64,000 bases of DNA from a virus. The notes under the pieces are model-generated. The model was not told the origin of the DNA and did not search any database. It saw nothing but the letters and a program-made list of their open reading frames with translations. Positions 30,648 through 39,211 of this stretch are shown one piece after another; position 1 is the first letter of the stretch; every line of letters starts with the position of its first letter. The DNA lies in IMG/VR virus record IMGVR_UViG_3300034683_000117, positions 1-64,000 of that record, one strand, 5' to 3'. The translations under genes were made by a program, and so were the position numbers.

Positions 30648-31556
30648 TTAAAATGGTAACGTATTTTCATCACTAAATAACCAGTCAGAGTTATTATCTT
30701 GCGATTCTTTAACACCAAACAAATCATCAAGTGTATATTTATTATGTTCTAGTGTGTCTGGATTAGCGCCTGTTACCTCCATCGCTCGATAGATACGTGT
30801 AGCCACCTTCTCTTTTGTGCCCCATCCATCATCGACTTGTATATTTTCAACAATTTGTTCATTGCGAATGATACCATTGACCCTAATTTTGTCACCAGAT
30901 TGTAACTCCAGCATGTTACGAGCAAATGCTTGATCCTTTGTTGCTTCGATGACCATAGTAGTAGCCACTGTACTCTTATATGGGTCCGTAATATAAGCAT
31001 GAATATATAGCTTATCACCATCAATTTCCATAGTATCAACTATAATATCTTGCGAAAAGCTATTATTTTCCTTAAAATTTGGACTATTAAAATCTATATC
31101 GTTAGTTGCCTTATACATTTGTCTAATAATATAACGTGTTTGCGGAACAGTATCTCCATTTTTATTGACATATTGGCTAAATTGAGGTTCCCCAATTACT
31201 ACAACACTATCACCATCATGAAACGACTCATGAATTATTTTGACTAAGTCATATTCAGGAATAATCAGACTATAACCTTCATCTGGTTTGTTATGGCGTA
31301 TTCCCCATGCTACTTTTTTCGATACCTTTGTTTGGCGATTATATAAGACAGCAGTATCCCTTTCAGACCCAAATAATTCTACTGGTATAATATTGGTTGG
31401 TGATGTCTGTACTAAAAATCTTATGCTACGATATTTCCGCACTTTGCCATTCTTGTCTGTAAATTCACCTTCTTTATATCCGTTGTTGTTACTTGGATTG
31501 TCTTTGCCTCTAATGATACCAGCCACTCTAAAAGAACCTTTACATTTTTCCAACAT
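30648..31556 (-). CDS. Phage ssDNA-binding protein (putative)
   Basis: Two OB-like halves and an acidic tail ending LPF; adjacent to Sak4. Confidence 0.65.
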   Translation of the reverse strand: MLEKCKGSFRVAGIIRGKDNPSNNNGYKEGEFTDKNGKVRKYRSIRFLVQTSPTNIIPVELFGSERDTAVLYNRQTKVSKKVAWGIRHNKPDEGYSLIIPEYDLVKIIHESFHDGDSVVVIGEPQFSQYVNKNGDTVPQTRYIIRQMYKATNDIDFNSPNFKENNSFSQDIIVDTMEIDGDKLYIHAYITDPYKSTVATTMVIEATKDQAFARNMLELQSGDKIRVNGIIRNEQIVENIQVDDGWGTKEKVATRIYRAMEVTGANPDTLEHNKYTLDDLFGVKESQDNNSDWLFSDENTLPF

Positions 31557-31589
31557 TAGTTAAACACTCCTTAAGTTAAAATTTTATCT

Positions 31590-31640
31590 ATCCCCTATAT
31601 TATAATTATATCATATGATGGTTTGATTGTCAAGCATTAT
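31590..31640 (-). promoter_or_regulatory. Sigma-A-type promoter with conserved spacer (copy 3)
   Basis: TTGACAATCAAACCATCATATGATATAATTATA. Confidence 0.75.
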
Positions 31641-31686
31641 TTTTAGAACATAAAATATTTTTGCAAAGTAGCCGTTGCAACACGGC

Positions 31687-31929
31687 CTACGTGGAAACGA
31701 TAGTATTTGGGTCCACACACAATAAATCCAACCATCCAAAACATTTATCAGTAAGCAGGGTAGCATCTCTATATACTTGCGCATTAAACAAAAACGTAAC
31801 CAAACATCCGCTAAATGTATACCCATGACATGTTTCATAATAACCAGCAGACAATAATTCCTGTAGAACGTTGTCGCGTTCTTCGGGCGAAAAGTTAATA
31901 ATTCCACTATCATATAAATCTTCAATCAT
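31687..31929 (-). CDS. Hypothetical protein under a LexA box
   Basis: GGAGG RBS; own TTGACA-17-TATTAT promoter. Confidence 0.65.
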   Translation of the reverse strand: MIEDLYDSGIINFSPEERDNVLQELLSAGYYETCHGYTFSGCLVTFLFNAQVYRDATLLTDKCFGWLDLLCVDPNTIVST

Positions 31930-31954
31930 GATTTATCCTCCCGTTATACAAATC

Positions 31955-31968
31955 CGAACATATGTTCG
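31955..31968. promoter_or_regulatory. LexA (DinR/SOS) box
   Basis: Perfect Firmicutes consensus CGAACATATGTTCG between the -10 element and RBS of 31687-31929. Confidence 0.85.
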
Positions 31969-32098
31969 CACTGATATAATAGCATATACTGAAATAGTTG
32001 TCAATGAATATTTTATGATCACCAAATACCAATATATTGCTATGTTATACTTCTATAATTACACTGATACTGCGATTATATCACATAACCATGACACA

Positions 32099-32632
32099 TC
32101 ATTTTTGTGTGTCATCGGTTATGTGATACTTTTTCTTCGCAATATATTGTAGCCATGTTAAGCCACTATAATTCTTGAAACCATACAATGCCCCTACTGT
32201 CACGATATCATATTCTGGTCTTGATAATAGCCATATCAGCCGACTACGCCTAATATCATTAACAGTGATTCTTTCTAAATCAATGCCCTCGCAGCGAACA
32301 TTATTATTATACATGGCCGCTTGTATGGCATGTGATGGATTATCCAAGTGTTTTTTATTGCTTTTAGTACCATATTCTGTAGCCTTAATTAGCATATCAG
32401 AATCTCTAAACGGTACTAATTTCTGTATACCATTCCTGTCTGTCACCAAATATCGCACCTCACGCTGTACTCTTTTGATATCAAAGACTACTTCCGCATC
32501 TTCGATACGTACAATGCGTTTTGGCAAACGCAATAGTGCTATATCGTGTTTTAACATATCGTTGTGCTGAAATTCTATATTTTCTTCTTTTAATATCTTT
32601 ATTTCTGCCTGTGTTAATCCCCACCACGCCAA
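32099..32632 (-). CDS. MrpR/YopR-like degenerate tyrosine-recombinase-fold repressor (N-terminus apparently missing)
   Basis: WWGL...EI..LK..NI and ITVNDIRRSR match the integrase catalytic fold without HxxR; next to a XerC-like gene. Confidence 0.5.
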   Translation of the reverse strand: MAWWGLTQAEIKILKEENIEFQHNDMLKHDIALLRLPKRIVRIEDAEVVFDIKRVQREVRYLVTDRNGIQKLVPFRDSDMLIKATEYGTKSNKKHLDNPSHAIQAAMYNNNVRCEGIDLERITVNDIRRSRLIWLLSRPEYDIVTVGALYGFKNYSGLTWLQYIAKKKYHITDDTQK

Positions 32633-32820
32633 ATTGTATTAACATTTATTTGCCTGCGCCGTCCCTCCTTCATCAGTTCCTCTAATTTCTGTATCACGAA
32701 TACTTTTTATCTCCTTTCTTTTGTATATAATTATTTTATATGCCCTTTATAATGTTATTATAACACAAACAATATCATTGTCAATAGTTTTATAAAAATA
32801 TTTATAAAATTCTGTTTTTA

Positions 32821-33717
32821 TTAAATCGTTGCAACAACATCCAACGGACTGCGATTTACTGCGGTTTTTAAAGCATTGCTATCAACATGTGTATATATTT
32901 GCGTTGTGGATATATTACTATGTCCTAAAATTTCCTGCAACTGTCTGATATCCATATTGCCACTCTGATAATTCAGTGTCGCAAATGTATGTCGTAAAGT
33001 ATGAACAGCAACGCCGCGTTTGTTCTCTATATTTAACCCGCTTCGACCTATTGCGTTCTTTACGATACGTTCAACCACATCATGAGATATGCGATTGCCG
33101 ATTTCTGACACAAACAGCGGCCTGTTCGGATCGGTGCAGCCCTGCGTATAATCTGCTAACTGTTTAACCATGTTATCGCTTAAATATACATTACGCTCTT
33201 TCCCTCCCTTCCCTTTGATAACAATATACCCATCTTTTATATCACCAACATTAATAGACACAAGCTCAGATAGTCTCATGCCGGTTGTAAGCAATAAGCT
33301 TACTATCAGTCTATCTCGCACCATGTTGCGCCCTTTGATATTATCAATAAGCTGTCGGCACTGTTCTATGGTGAAGTACCTTGGTATGGTTTTATCTATT
33401 TTAGGCGCATCGATATCCTGCATTATATTGTTATCTATAATCTTACGCATATGCAAATATGCAAAAAACGATCTTAAAGACGCAATCTTTCTACGCCTTG
33501 TAGAAGCGCTGCATCCGTCTTGCGATAATTTATATAACCATGCATAAATATGATCTATTGTGACGTCTTTTAACGCTAATGAGTCAATCGCAAAATAATT
33601 GTTGGCCATATACGAATACCACGATGCTATATCTTGTATATATTGTTTAATGGTATTGTCACTTTTATTAACACCAACTAAATACATTTTATAATCATCT
33701 AATATCGTACTGTACAT
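32821..33717 (-). CDS. Tyrosine recombinase (XerC/D-like)
   Basis: TGMRLSEL, GKGGKER, HTLRHTFAT, LGHSNISTTQIYTH. Confidence 0.95.
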   Translation of the reverse strand: MYSTILDDYKMYLVGVNKSDNTIKQYIQDIASWYSYMANNYFAIDSLALKDVTIDHIYAWLYKLSQDGCSASTRRRKIASLRSFFAYLHMRKIIDNNIMQDIDAPKIDKTIPRYFTIEQCRQLIDNIKGRNMVRDRLIVSLLLTTGMRLSELVSINVGDIKDGYIVIKGKGGKERNVYLSDNMVKQLADYTQGCTDPNRPLFVSEIGNRISHDVVERIVKNAIGRSGLNIENKRGVAVHTLRHTFATLNYQSGNMDIRQLQEILGHSNISTTQIYTHVDSNALKTAVNRSPLDVVATI

Positions 33718-33901
33718 TTTTATCCTCCTTTGTATTAGTTTGTGTATACCTGCTCACGCTGTTTATCTGTAAAATCGGGTCTACTTTTGGACCCTGCATA
33801 TTCTTACTATGTTTCGTTGCCGATATAATTAACCCCAGCGCAGGTTCAATCATACTCCATAATAATACCATGGTTAATAATGCAAATGCTGCTGGATTCA
33901 T
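33695..33901 (-). CDS. Small membrane hypothetical protein
   Basis: Hydrophobic N-terminus; fits the operon. Confidence 0.45.
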   Translation of the reverse strand: MNPAAFALLTMVLLWSMIEPALGLIISATKHSKNMQGPKVDPILQINSVSRYTQTNTKEDKNVQYDIR

Positions 33902-33902
33902 A

Positions 33903-34526
33903 CTATCGCCTCCACAATGAAATTTTTGTTAGCATCTCTTGTTGGCATTCTGGCGAGCACACCGCATACGGGAACATTGCATCGCCTACCCAATATTGAT
34001 GCTCTGTCATACCTTTATGGATATGTTCACCGCAATATTGGCAATAGTCTACCTGAATTGGTTGATAATATTGACATGCCTGACCTGTACAGGTCTGCAC
34101 GTGTTTATTATCGCACCCGTATATATTATTTTTCTTATAACCATACATACAATTATCGCACTTTACATTTTGTGTTTTAGTTATAATCTTATTATCAGCT
34201 TTGTGAATTTCGCTTTGCGGGCCACCTGTCACAATGCACCCAACCTCATAATTTTCACTCTTAATACCCAGTTGTTTATCTGGATATGTGTTAGTGTTAT
34301 AAAAATGTACTGTGCTATTCAAACGAATATCATGAGTCATATTAGGTTCTGTTTTATTTATAACATGTATCATAATATGGCTATTATATGGATTAATATT
34401 TACAATAAGCTTATCAACGCAATTATATTCAAAATAACCATTATATTTGAATTTTGTCCCGTCTGTGACCTGTACGCTTGCCGGATTAAAAACAGCTAAT
34501 ACAAAATATGGTCTTGTTACCACCAT
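33903..34526 (-). CDS. Hypothetical protein with Cys-rich C-terminus
   Basis: Start MVVTRP after GGAGG; C-terminal CxxC clusters. Confidence 0.6.
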   Translation of the reverse strand: MVVTRPYFVLAVFNPASVQVTDGTKFKYNGYFEYNCVDKLIVNINPYNSHIMIHVINKTEPNMTHDIRLNSTVHFYNTNTYPDKQLGIKSENYEVGCIVTGGPQSEIHKADNKIITKTQNVKCDNCMYGYKKNNIYGCDNKHVQTCTGQACQYYQPIQVDYCQYCGEHIHKGMTEHQYWVGDAMFPYAVCSPECQQEMLTKISLWRR

Positions 34527-34585
34527 TGTATAATCCTCCTTATATATTTTATAAGTACATATGCACAATTTATTTTTCATATTTT

Positions 34586-34900
34586 TTATTTATATTCTAA
34601 TCTCCAATTAATCCATGGACACCAAAAAATGTCTTTAGCACTTTGTGTACCGTCAATTTTTATAGCGTATTCTGGTTCAAGACAAAAATGTAATACACAT
34701 GTATTGTCAATATTATCACAAATTAATGGAATAAATTTACCATATGCACACCAATTTTGGCCTTTTAATTCGCCTTCAATATAATCAACGTAAAAATCTC
34801 CTATCATGCCTAGGTCTGCATGGTTGTACCCTAATAATTTATCTTGCGGTAAAAAATTTATTCTCATCATATGCCTTTCTTGCACCACGTTGTAGCTCAT
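34586..34900 (-). CDS. Hypothetical protein
   Basis: Fits the operon. Confidence 0.5.
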   Translation of the reverse strand: MSYNVVQERHMMRINFLPQDKLLGYNHADLGMIGDFYVDYIEGELKGQNWCAYGKFIPLICDNIDNTCVLHFCLEPEYAIKIDGTQSAKDIFWCPWINWRLEYK

Positions 34901-34922
34901 GTGCCGCTAAATTTTATTTTTA

Positions 34923-35132
34923 TTATATATTATTTTCCACATAATCACATGGTGGATAACATTCATCTATTATTTTTTTCATGATATTAGCATCCTCCCA
35001 TGATTCAAACCACCCAATAATATCACCTATATATATTTCACCCTCCTTTAGTTCCTCCCATTTATTAGGTTTACCAGTGCACAATATATATTGGTCTTTA
35101 ACCTTTTTTATCATCAACCCTTTGTATTCCAT
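34923..35132 (-). CDS. Hypothetical protein
   Basis: GGAGG RBS. Confidence 0.6.
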   Translation of the reverse strand: MEYKGLMIKKVKDQYILCTGKPNKWEELKEGEIYIGDIIGWFESWEDANIMKKIIDECYPPCDYVENNI

Positions 35133-35146
35133 ATAACAACGCCTCC

Positions 35147-35602
35147 TTATATCTGTCTATGTCCCCATATATGAGCTACACCATCAATTACTTCTATAAC
35201 TTCAACTTCTTCTATATCGCACCCAAAATCCCAATCTGCCGGAATATCTCTCCAGCTTGCGTATTCGTATACAGCATCACTTTCAACATCGTGTACAACA
35301 ACCGCTCCATCCCAATCACACAAATATATTGTATCGCTGTCATCTCCCGCATTGTCTACAATTTCAATCAAATGCTCTACAGCATCATCAAAATCATATT
35401 CATATGGATTTAACAAATCTTTCAACTCATCGGTATTAACCAATATTTCTGCCCGATGGTTATATACTGGCTCGGCAATTCCTAAATTGTCTCCCCGTGA
35501 TATATTAATTTTATCTCCATATTTATATATCAACGGATAACCACTATTTGCCAATGATTCTCTGGCTGTTTCCAGCAATTCCTTAGCTTGTTCTCTTGTC
35601 AT
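35147..35602 (-). CDS. Acidic hypothetical protein
   Basis: Start MTREQA after AGGAGG; D/E-rich. Confidence 0.65.
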   Translation of the reverse strand: MTREQAKELLETARESLANSGYPLIYKYGDKINISRGDNLGIAEPVYNHRAEILVNTDELKDLLNPYEYDFDDAVEHLIEIVDNAGDDSDTIYLCDWDGAVVVHDVESDAVYEYASWRDIPADWDFGCDIEEVEVIEVIDGVAHIWGHRQI

Positions 35603-35616
35603 TGTGATACCTCCTT

Positions 35617-35892
35617 TCAATCTTCGGCTACTAAATATATAGATTCTAACCCCGCCCATGGCGCATTAGCTGTTCCACTGTTCAACTTAAACGCATTAGC
35701 TATTGCTTCCTTGTCAAAATCGCCCACCCAGTCCAATGCGTCATCATCGTCGCTAAATTCGACATTATCTGTCCAATCATATTCTACCCATTCACCATCG
35801 GGTATCTGATAACTAACATTTGTATAAAACTCTATATCATCAAGCTTATAATCTGACAAATCTTCACCATCTTCAAAAAAAACATGTACCAT
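35617..35892 (-). CDS. Very acidic small protein (DNA-mimic candidate)
   Basis: 25 D/E versus 3 K/R in 91 aa by manual count. Confidence 0.6.
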   Translation of the reverse strand: MVHVFFEDGEDLSDYKLDDIEFYTNVSYQIPDGEWVEYDWTDNVEFSDDDDALDWVGDFDKEAIANAFKLNSGTANAPWAGLESIYLVAED

Positions 35893-36082
35893 TGTTCATA
35901 TACTCAATAACTACTGGTTCATCGTCTATTTTGACGTTTACAAATACATTGCCGAACATGCCTTTTTGTTCCTCTTCCTGAATTATTTCGTGCAAACCTT
36001 GTTGCGAAATATATTCGGCCAAATCGTTTAACATAATATAATCCGCTAAATCCATCATGTTTTCTTTTTTCAGTTTTAACAT
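35873..36082 (-). CDS. Hypothetical protein
   Basis: GGAGG RBS. Confidence 0.6.
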   Translation of the reverse strand: MLKLKKENMMDLADYIMLNDLAEYISQQGLHEIIQEEEQKGMFGNVFVNVKIDDEPVVIEYMNNGTCFF

Positions 36083-36094
36083 TTTTATTTCCTC

Positions 36095-36532
36095 CTATTC
36101 CCATTCCAGTCCATATTGTTCTACTAAGTCTATAAAATCACCATCAATGCTCGTATCAACATATACAGCCGTTCCATCATTATCTTCATCATCAATAACA
36201 ACAAGGCCCGCGGACAACCATCCTTCCACCTTTCCATTGTTTAAGAAATCTACCATTTCAACAGAATCATTTTTCCAATATAAATTAAAATGTTTCATGT
36301 TCTCTAACAGCTCGCTTGATTGGTTGATAGCCCAATCATAATTATCTATTGCATATTGTGCATCTTCTATATCTTCAGGAATAGTTGTACTATCCGCTGT
36401 CCATATAGTATCCGATGTTGTCCCATTGTCCCAAGTTGCAGCCAGTACCTTCGCTCCATCCCTTGTATGCGCTATAAAAAATGTATAGCGATCACCATCA
36501 TCCAATACAAATGCTGTTTCTTTATTTGCCAT
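36095..36532 (-). CDS. Acidic hypothetical protein
   Basis: GGAGG RBS; directly behind a phage promoter repeat; D/E-rich. Confidence 0.7.
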   Translation of the reverse strand: MANKETAFVLDDGDRYTFFIAHTRDGAKVLAATWDNGTTSDTIWTADSTTIPEDIEDAQYAIDNYDWAINQSSELLENMKHFNLYWKNDSVEMVDFLNNGKVEGWLSAGLVVIDDEDNDGTAVYVDTSIDGDFIDLVEQYGLEWE

Positions 36533-36617
36533 TTTTAATTCCTCCTAAATATTTTTTATTTTGTATCTATAATATAGAGTCTCAACGCTCTATATTTTAA
36601 ACCCTGCATAAAAATAT

Positions 36618-36815
36618 TTATTGTTTATTATTTTGATATTCGTTTATATATTTATCATAATTTTGCCATATATTGCCTAAATTGATGTCTTGGCATAATA
36701 TACCATCCACAATTGCATAATATAATTTTAGCACAATTTGTTTGTCTAGTAAATCCTGCACCGCCTTTCTAATTAGAAAATCTTGTAATTCTGTCATTTT
36801 TAATCTTCTTTCCAA
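36618..36815 (-). CDS. Hypothetical protein
   Basis: Fits the operon; probable start MTELQD. Confidence 0.45.
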   Translation of the reverse strand: MERRLKMTELQDFLIRKAVQDLLDKQIVLKLYYAIVDGILCQDINLGNIWQNYDKYINEYQNNKQ

Positions 36816-36929
36816 AATATAGAAGTTTTGTCATAATACAACCGTATAATATCTTTGGCTGTATTATATAAACCATATAGTGTGATTATAAGTATTGATA
36901 CTGTAATTATCTTTTGCAATAACATATTA

Positions 36930-37295
36930 TCACCCTTGAATATAATTTACTGCATCAATATACTGGTCAACTATATTTTGGAACCTTGCAATAGCTTCTT
37001 GTAGTGTAATACGCCCCATAAACTCCACCCCGCAATCTTTATTATTTGCATCTATACGTTTGATTTCTAGTCCATAAAACGTATATGATAATACAAATAT
37101 ACTATCGCAAGCATGTACTACAAGCGGCAAATCGCTTTGCGTTATTTCCATAAACCAATTTAAAGCCTCCTGTAAATTATTTTTAGCTTCTGTTTTGGTT
37201 TTACCATATTCTTTCCATGGTCCCAAAGCGGCGACATATCCGCTGTGTTTACGCATCAACGTATCTTTATATTCTGTTATGTCAATTTTTAACAT
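36930..37295 (-). CDS. Hypothetical protein
   Basis: Start MLKIDI after the AGGGGTGA RBS, immediately 3' of the mini-tmRNA. Confidence 0.65.
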   Translation of the reverse strand: MLKIDITEYKDTLMRKHSGYVAALGPWKEYGKTKTEAKNNLQEALNWFMEITQSDLPLVVHACDSIFVLSYTFYGLEIKRIDANNKDCGVEFMGRITLQEAIARFQNIVDQYIDAVNYIQG

Positions 37296-37314
37296 AATAT
37301 CACCCCTTATTTTT

Positions 37315-37393
37315 TGGTGGAGCTGCGGGGAATCGAACCCCGGTCCGGAGTTTTGCACGTTGGCCTTTCACTCCGTCGATACCTTCCAGCCCC
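37315..37393 (-). ncRNA. Mini-tmRNA: tRNA-like domain only (79 nt)
   Basis: GGGGCTG-GAAGGTATCGAC-GGAGT-(18 nt)-ACTCC-GGAC-CGGGG-TTCGATT-CCCCG-CAGCTCC-ACCA: tmRNA 5' and 3' end signatures, G3-U wobble, no D stem, no tag ORF. Confidence 0.8.
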
Positions 37394-37398
37394 TATCT

Positions 37399-37728
37399 TT
37401 ACACTCTTGCTAATGCCCTACACCCTATGATCTTACCCTGGTCATCTCTGACAGAATCATCTGGTATAACCAAATCTTGCCTATCTTTAGCAGCTTGGGC
37501 CACTAAAGCAGATACTATATACAATGTATCTGGCGCAGGATCTGGCAATCCGTCAACAGTACCATATAATGTCTTATTAATATTAACATTGATACCATTA
37601 ATATTAATAACATCTATAGTTTGTCTTGTCGTTGCGCACCTAGCCACTTGACCTGATGCTGGGATTGTTATATCCCCAGCATCTGTCAAGATATTGATAT
37701 CGTGAGGTGTTAAGTTAATTATCTTCAT
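37399..37728 (-). CDS. NLTPH-motif small protein, candidate Crn4-like ring nuclease
   Basis: IINLTPH, IP.SG..AR, GLP......YIVS, VRD..G.I.GC motifs. Confidence 0.5.
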   Translation of the reverse strand: MKIINLTPHDINILTDAGDITIPASGQVARCATTRQTIDVININGINVNINKTLYGTVDGLPDPAPDTLYIVSALVAQAAKDRQDLVIPDDSVRDDQGKIIGCRALARV

Positions 37729-38201
37729 ATTTTCACCTTCTCTATAATAAAATCTTTTACTGTTTGTTCAATATCTTCAAAATCGTATAAATACATGTTA
37801 CATGCAACATCCCAAATGTCGGCTACATCATCATCAGTCAATTTATCCACATATTCTGGGTAATGATCCTTTATATATTTTATTGCATGGTTATACAAAA
37901 TAGTTTCTCTGTTTTTGTCTAAAATATATTCATTATACATATACCATGCGTTTTGTATATCTTTAAGTATATCACCGCTAAAGTCTACAATACCTATTGC
38001 CTCATTGTAAAACCCAGCGTTATACAATTTTTCAAGATTGTTAAACAATTTATGTGAATATATACTTACGTACAAATCCGCAACTGTATTTATCGCGTCC
38101 TCTATATAGCCTTCATATTCAAATGCCACCTCATCGCACATCATGGCATCATCTTGTCCCTGTAACAGATTCTCTACATCGTATTTTTTATATTCTAACA
38201 T
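37725..38201 (-). CDS. Ocr-like acidic DNA mimic (paralog 1)
   Basis: IEDAINTVADLYVSIYSHKLF...GDILKDIQNAWY resembles the T7 Ocr core [21 protein letters not shown]...KDVIRILQARIY. Confidence 0.55.
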   Translation of the reverse strand: MLEYKKYDVENLLQGQDDAMMCDEVAFEYEGYIEDAINTVADLYVSIYSHKLFNNLEKLYNAGFYNEAIGIVDFSGDILKDIQNAWYMYNEYILDKNRETILYNHAIKYIKDHYPEYVDKLTDDDVADIWDVACNMYLYDFEDIEQTVKDFIIEKVKI

Positions 38202-38288
38202 TTTTCTTCCCTCCAATTTTATTATTTATGTATCTATAATATAGAGTTTTGATACTCTATATTATAAACCCTACACAAAAATTTTTAT

Positions 38289-38582
38289 TTATTCTTGCCA
38301 CCCTTCAAGGAGCATGGCCACACCATATGGTATATGGCTGTCTTGATTTGGACTATTCAATAGCCATACCAACGGATCGCCACCATTACATATACAATTA
38401 GCAAATAAATGATCGGCAAATGCTGGATTAACAACCACTTTCGCGGTGTTTACATCACTTTTTCCATTCCAACCTATAGCCTTATAAAAATCGACTATAG
38501 AGTGAATAGATACCTTGCCTACACGTACCAACCTAGCGTTCTTAAATACGCTGGGCAATCTTGGTTCTTGCAATTCTACCAT
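38289..38582 (-). CDS. Hypothetical protein
   Basis: GGAGG RBS. Confidence 0.6.
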   Translation of the reverse strand: MVELQEPRLPSVFKNARLVRVGKVSIHSIVDFYKAIGWNGKSDVNTAKVVVNPAFADHLFANCICNGGDPLVWLLNSPNQDSHIPYGVAMLLEGWQE

Positions 38583-38583
38583 G

Positions 38584-39084
38584 TCATTTTACCTCCTGTA
38601 AAACGTTATTTTGATTAACAAGTTTTAATTCAAATATTCTATTTTTATCTAGCTTTCTTTTTACATCTTGACGTTCTATAGTATTATAACTACCGTCAAG
38701 TATACCTTGCGTGTACTCTGTTATTTCCCAATTCCTAGCCTCAAAATATTGTTTAAATGTTTTATATGCCACCAGCTTTTGTTGCATATCGTATTTATTA
38801 GCTTGTAATTGTCTAATATAACGATATGTATACTTGTCGTTTAACTCAAACACACCATAACAAATCTTATTATTATTTATTTGTGTATTCTTGCGATAAA
38901 TTCTTTTTAATTCATCTATTACTTTTTTGCTTTGACCGCATATTGCCCAATATCCCAACTGGTTACGCATATCATAATCTAAATTAAACATCATCTTTTT
39001 GTTACCGATTATAACATATGCCTTGAACGATTCCGATGCATACCTGTAACAAGTATATGCATAATTAATTTTATCCTTAGCCAT
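38584..39084 (-). CDS. Hypothetical basic protein
   Basis: GGAGG RBS; TTGACA promoter at ~39200. Confidence 0.65.
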   Translation of the reverse strand: MAKDKINYAYTCYRYASESFKAYVIIGNKKMMFNLDYDMRNQLGYWAICGQSKKVIDELKRIYRKNTQINNNKICYGVFELNDKYTYRYIRQLQANKYDMQQKLVAYKTFKQYFEARNWEITEYTQGILDGSYNTIERQDVKRKLDKNRIFELKLVNQNNVLQEVK

Positions 39085-39211
39085 TTGATAAAACCTCCAT
39101 TTTATTTTATATTGCCGTGTTTTGGCGATTTGCTCAGGTACACGGCAAACCTACTCTTTAATAAGTCTTGTATACTAGAATTATATTATATAATAGTTAT
39201 ATTGTCAACTA

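Noticed and set aside
37296-37358. N-terminal extension of ORF 36930-37358 (MQNSGPGFDSPQLHQ)
   Set aside because: It is a translation of the RNA's T arm and acceptor stem; the real start is the ATG at 37295 with its own RBS
37315-37393. Ordinary tRNA-Ala or attP fragment of host ssrA
   Set aside because: No D stem and no 7-nt anticodon loop, so not a tRNA; both tmRNA 5' and 3' ends are present and paired, whereas attP cores normally carry only one end, and no integrase is adjacent
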